From Paragordius varius (Eukaryota > Animalia > Nematomorpha): DNA of 64,000 bases. Shown here one piece after another: positions 63,691 to 64,000 of this stretch. The notes under the pieces were generated by a model that did not search any database, had not been told where the DNA came from, and worked only from the letters and a program-made list of their open reading frames with translations. The first letter of the stretch is position 1. Every line of letters starts with the position of its first letter. The DNA lies in assembly GCA_964247055.1 (NCBI GenBank), contig OZ176051.1, positions 9,672,001-9,736,000 on the forward strand. The letters are read 5' to 3'. A program made the translations under genes and the position numbers.

Positions 63691-64000
63691 TTAATACATT
63701 CATATTTTAACTTAAAAAAGACCACATTTTTAAAGTATTTAAGGAATGGGATTGGATGTTTTTTCTAACCTTTGGTTTCAATCCTTATTACAATGTCACC
63801 GTTTAATGTTTTAAAATATCATAAATATATTTAATTTGATTTTTTTAGACAAACTTATACAATATATTTTAATATTAACTGAAAAAGATACTGAAAACAA
63901 AAATGTTGGACCCAAAATCATTTTTATGGGACAGTTTTTAATAATATACAGACGACACAACATAATAAAAATGACTTAAAACCAATAATCAATTTGTTTG

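Noticed and set aside
1-64000. Ciliate origin or alternative genetic code to explain the tiny introns
   Set aside because: TAA, TAG and TGA all terminate conserved genes at expected positions, and the gene content (MRPL55, LysM-GRAM-TLDc OXR1, class A GPCRs) is animal-like

Overview
Very AT-rich eukaryotic (animal-type) genomic DNA using the standard genetic code, with intron-containing genes separated by dense DNA-transposon debris. Spliced models were built by hand. For the seven fully resolved genes, exon phases match and lengths are divisible by 3; DPY19 was traced exon by exon by homology. In order: a TLDc-only paralog (174-3191, minus) next to the full LysM-GRAM-TLDc OXR1/NCOA7-family gene it was partly duplicated from (5657-13477, minus); DPY19 C-mannosyltransferase (21961-29236, +); MRPL55 (30077-30416, +); two tandem atypical class A GPCRs (34095-35566 and 36246-41249, +); a ~955 aa multi-zinc-finger gene (45866-50245, +); and TMEM65 (50996-53237, minus). 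The most striking signal is a class of 21-29 nt GTA...TAG introns. They are required to restore conserved protein motifs in four host genes, they are concentrated at gene 5' ends, and they also occur inside a decayed IS630/Tc1-mariner transposase. Mobile elements include two TTAA-flanked piggyBac-like MITE families (nested, self-inserted and fused head-to-head), Tc1/pogo-like MITEs, hAT remnants, a foldback element with 21-bp subrepeats, and a non-autonomous Helitron-like family carrying a hierarchical ~158/~317 bp tandem array. No CRISPR array, rRNA or intact tRNA is supported. A highly reduced invertebrate such as an orthonectid is only my guess at the source. The tiny introns may already be reported for that lineage, which I cannot check.
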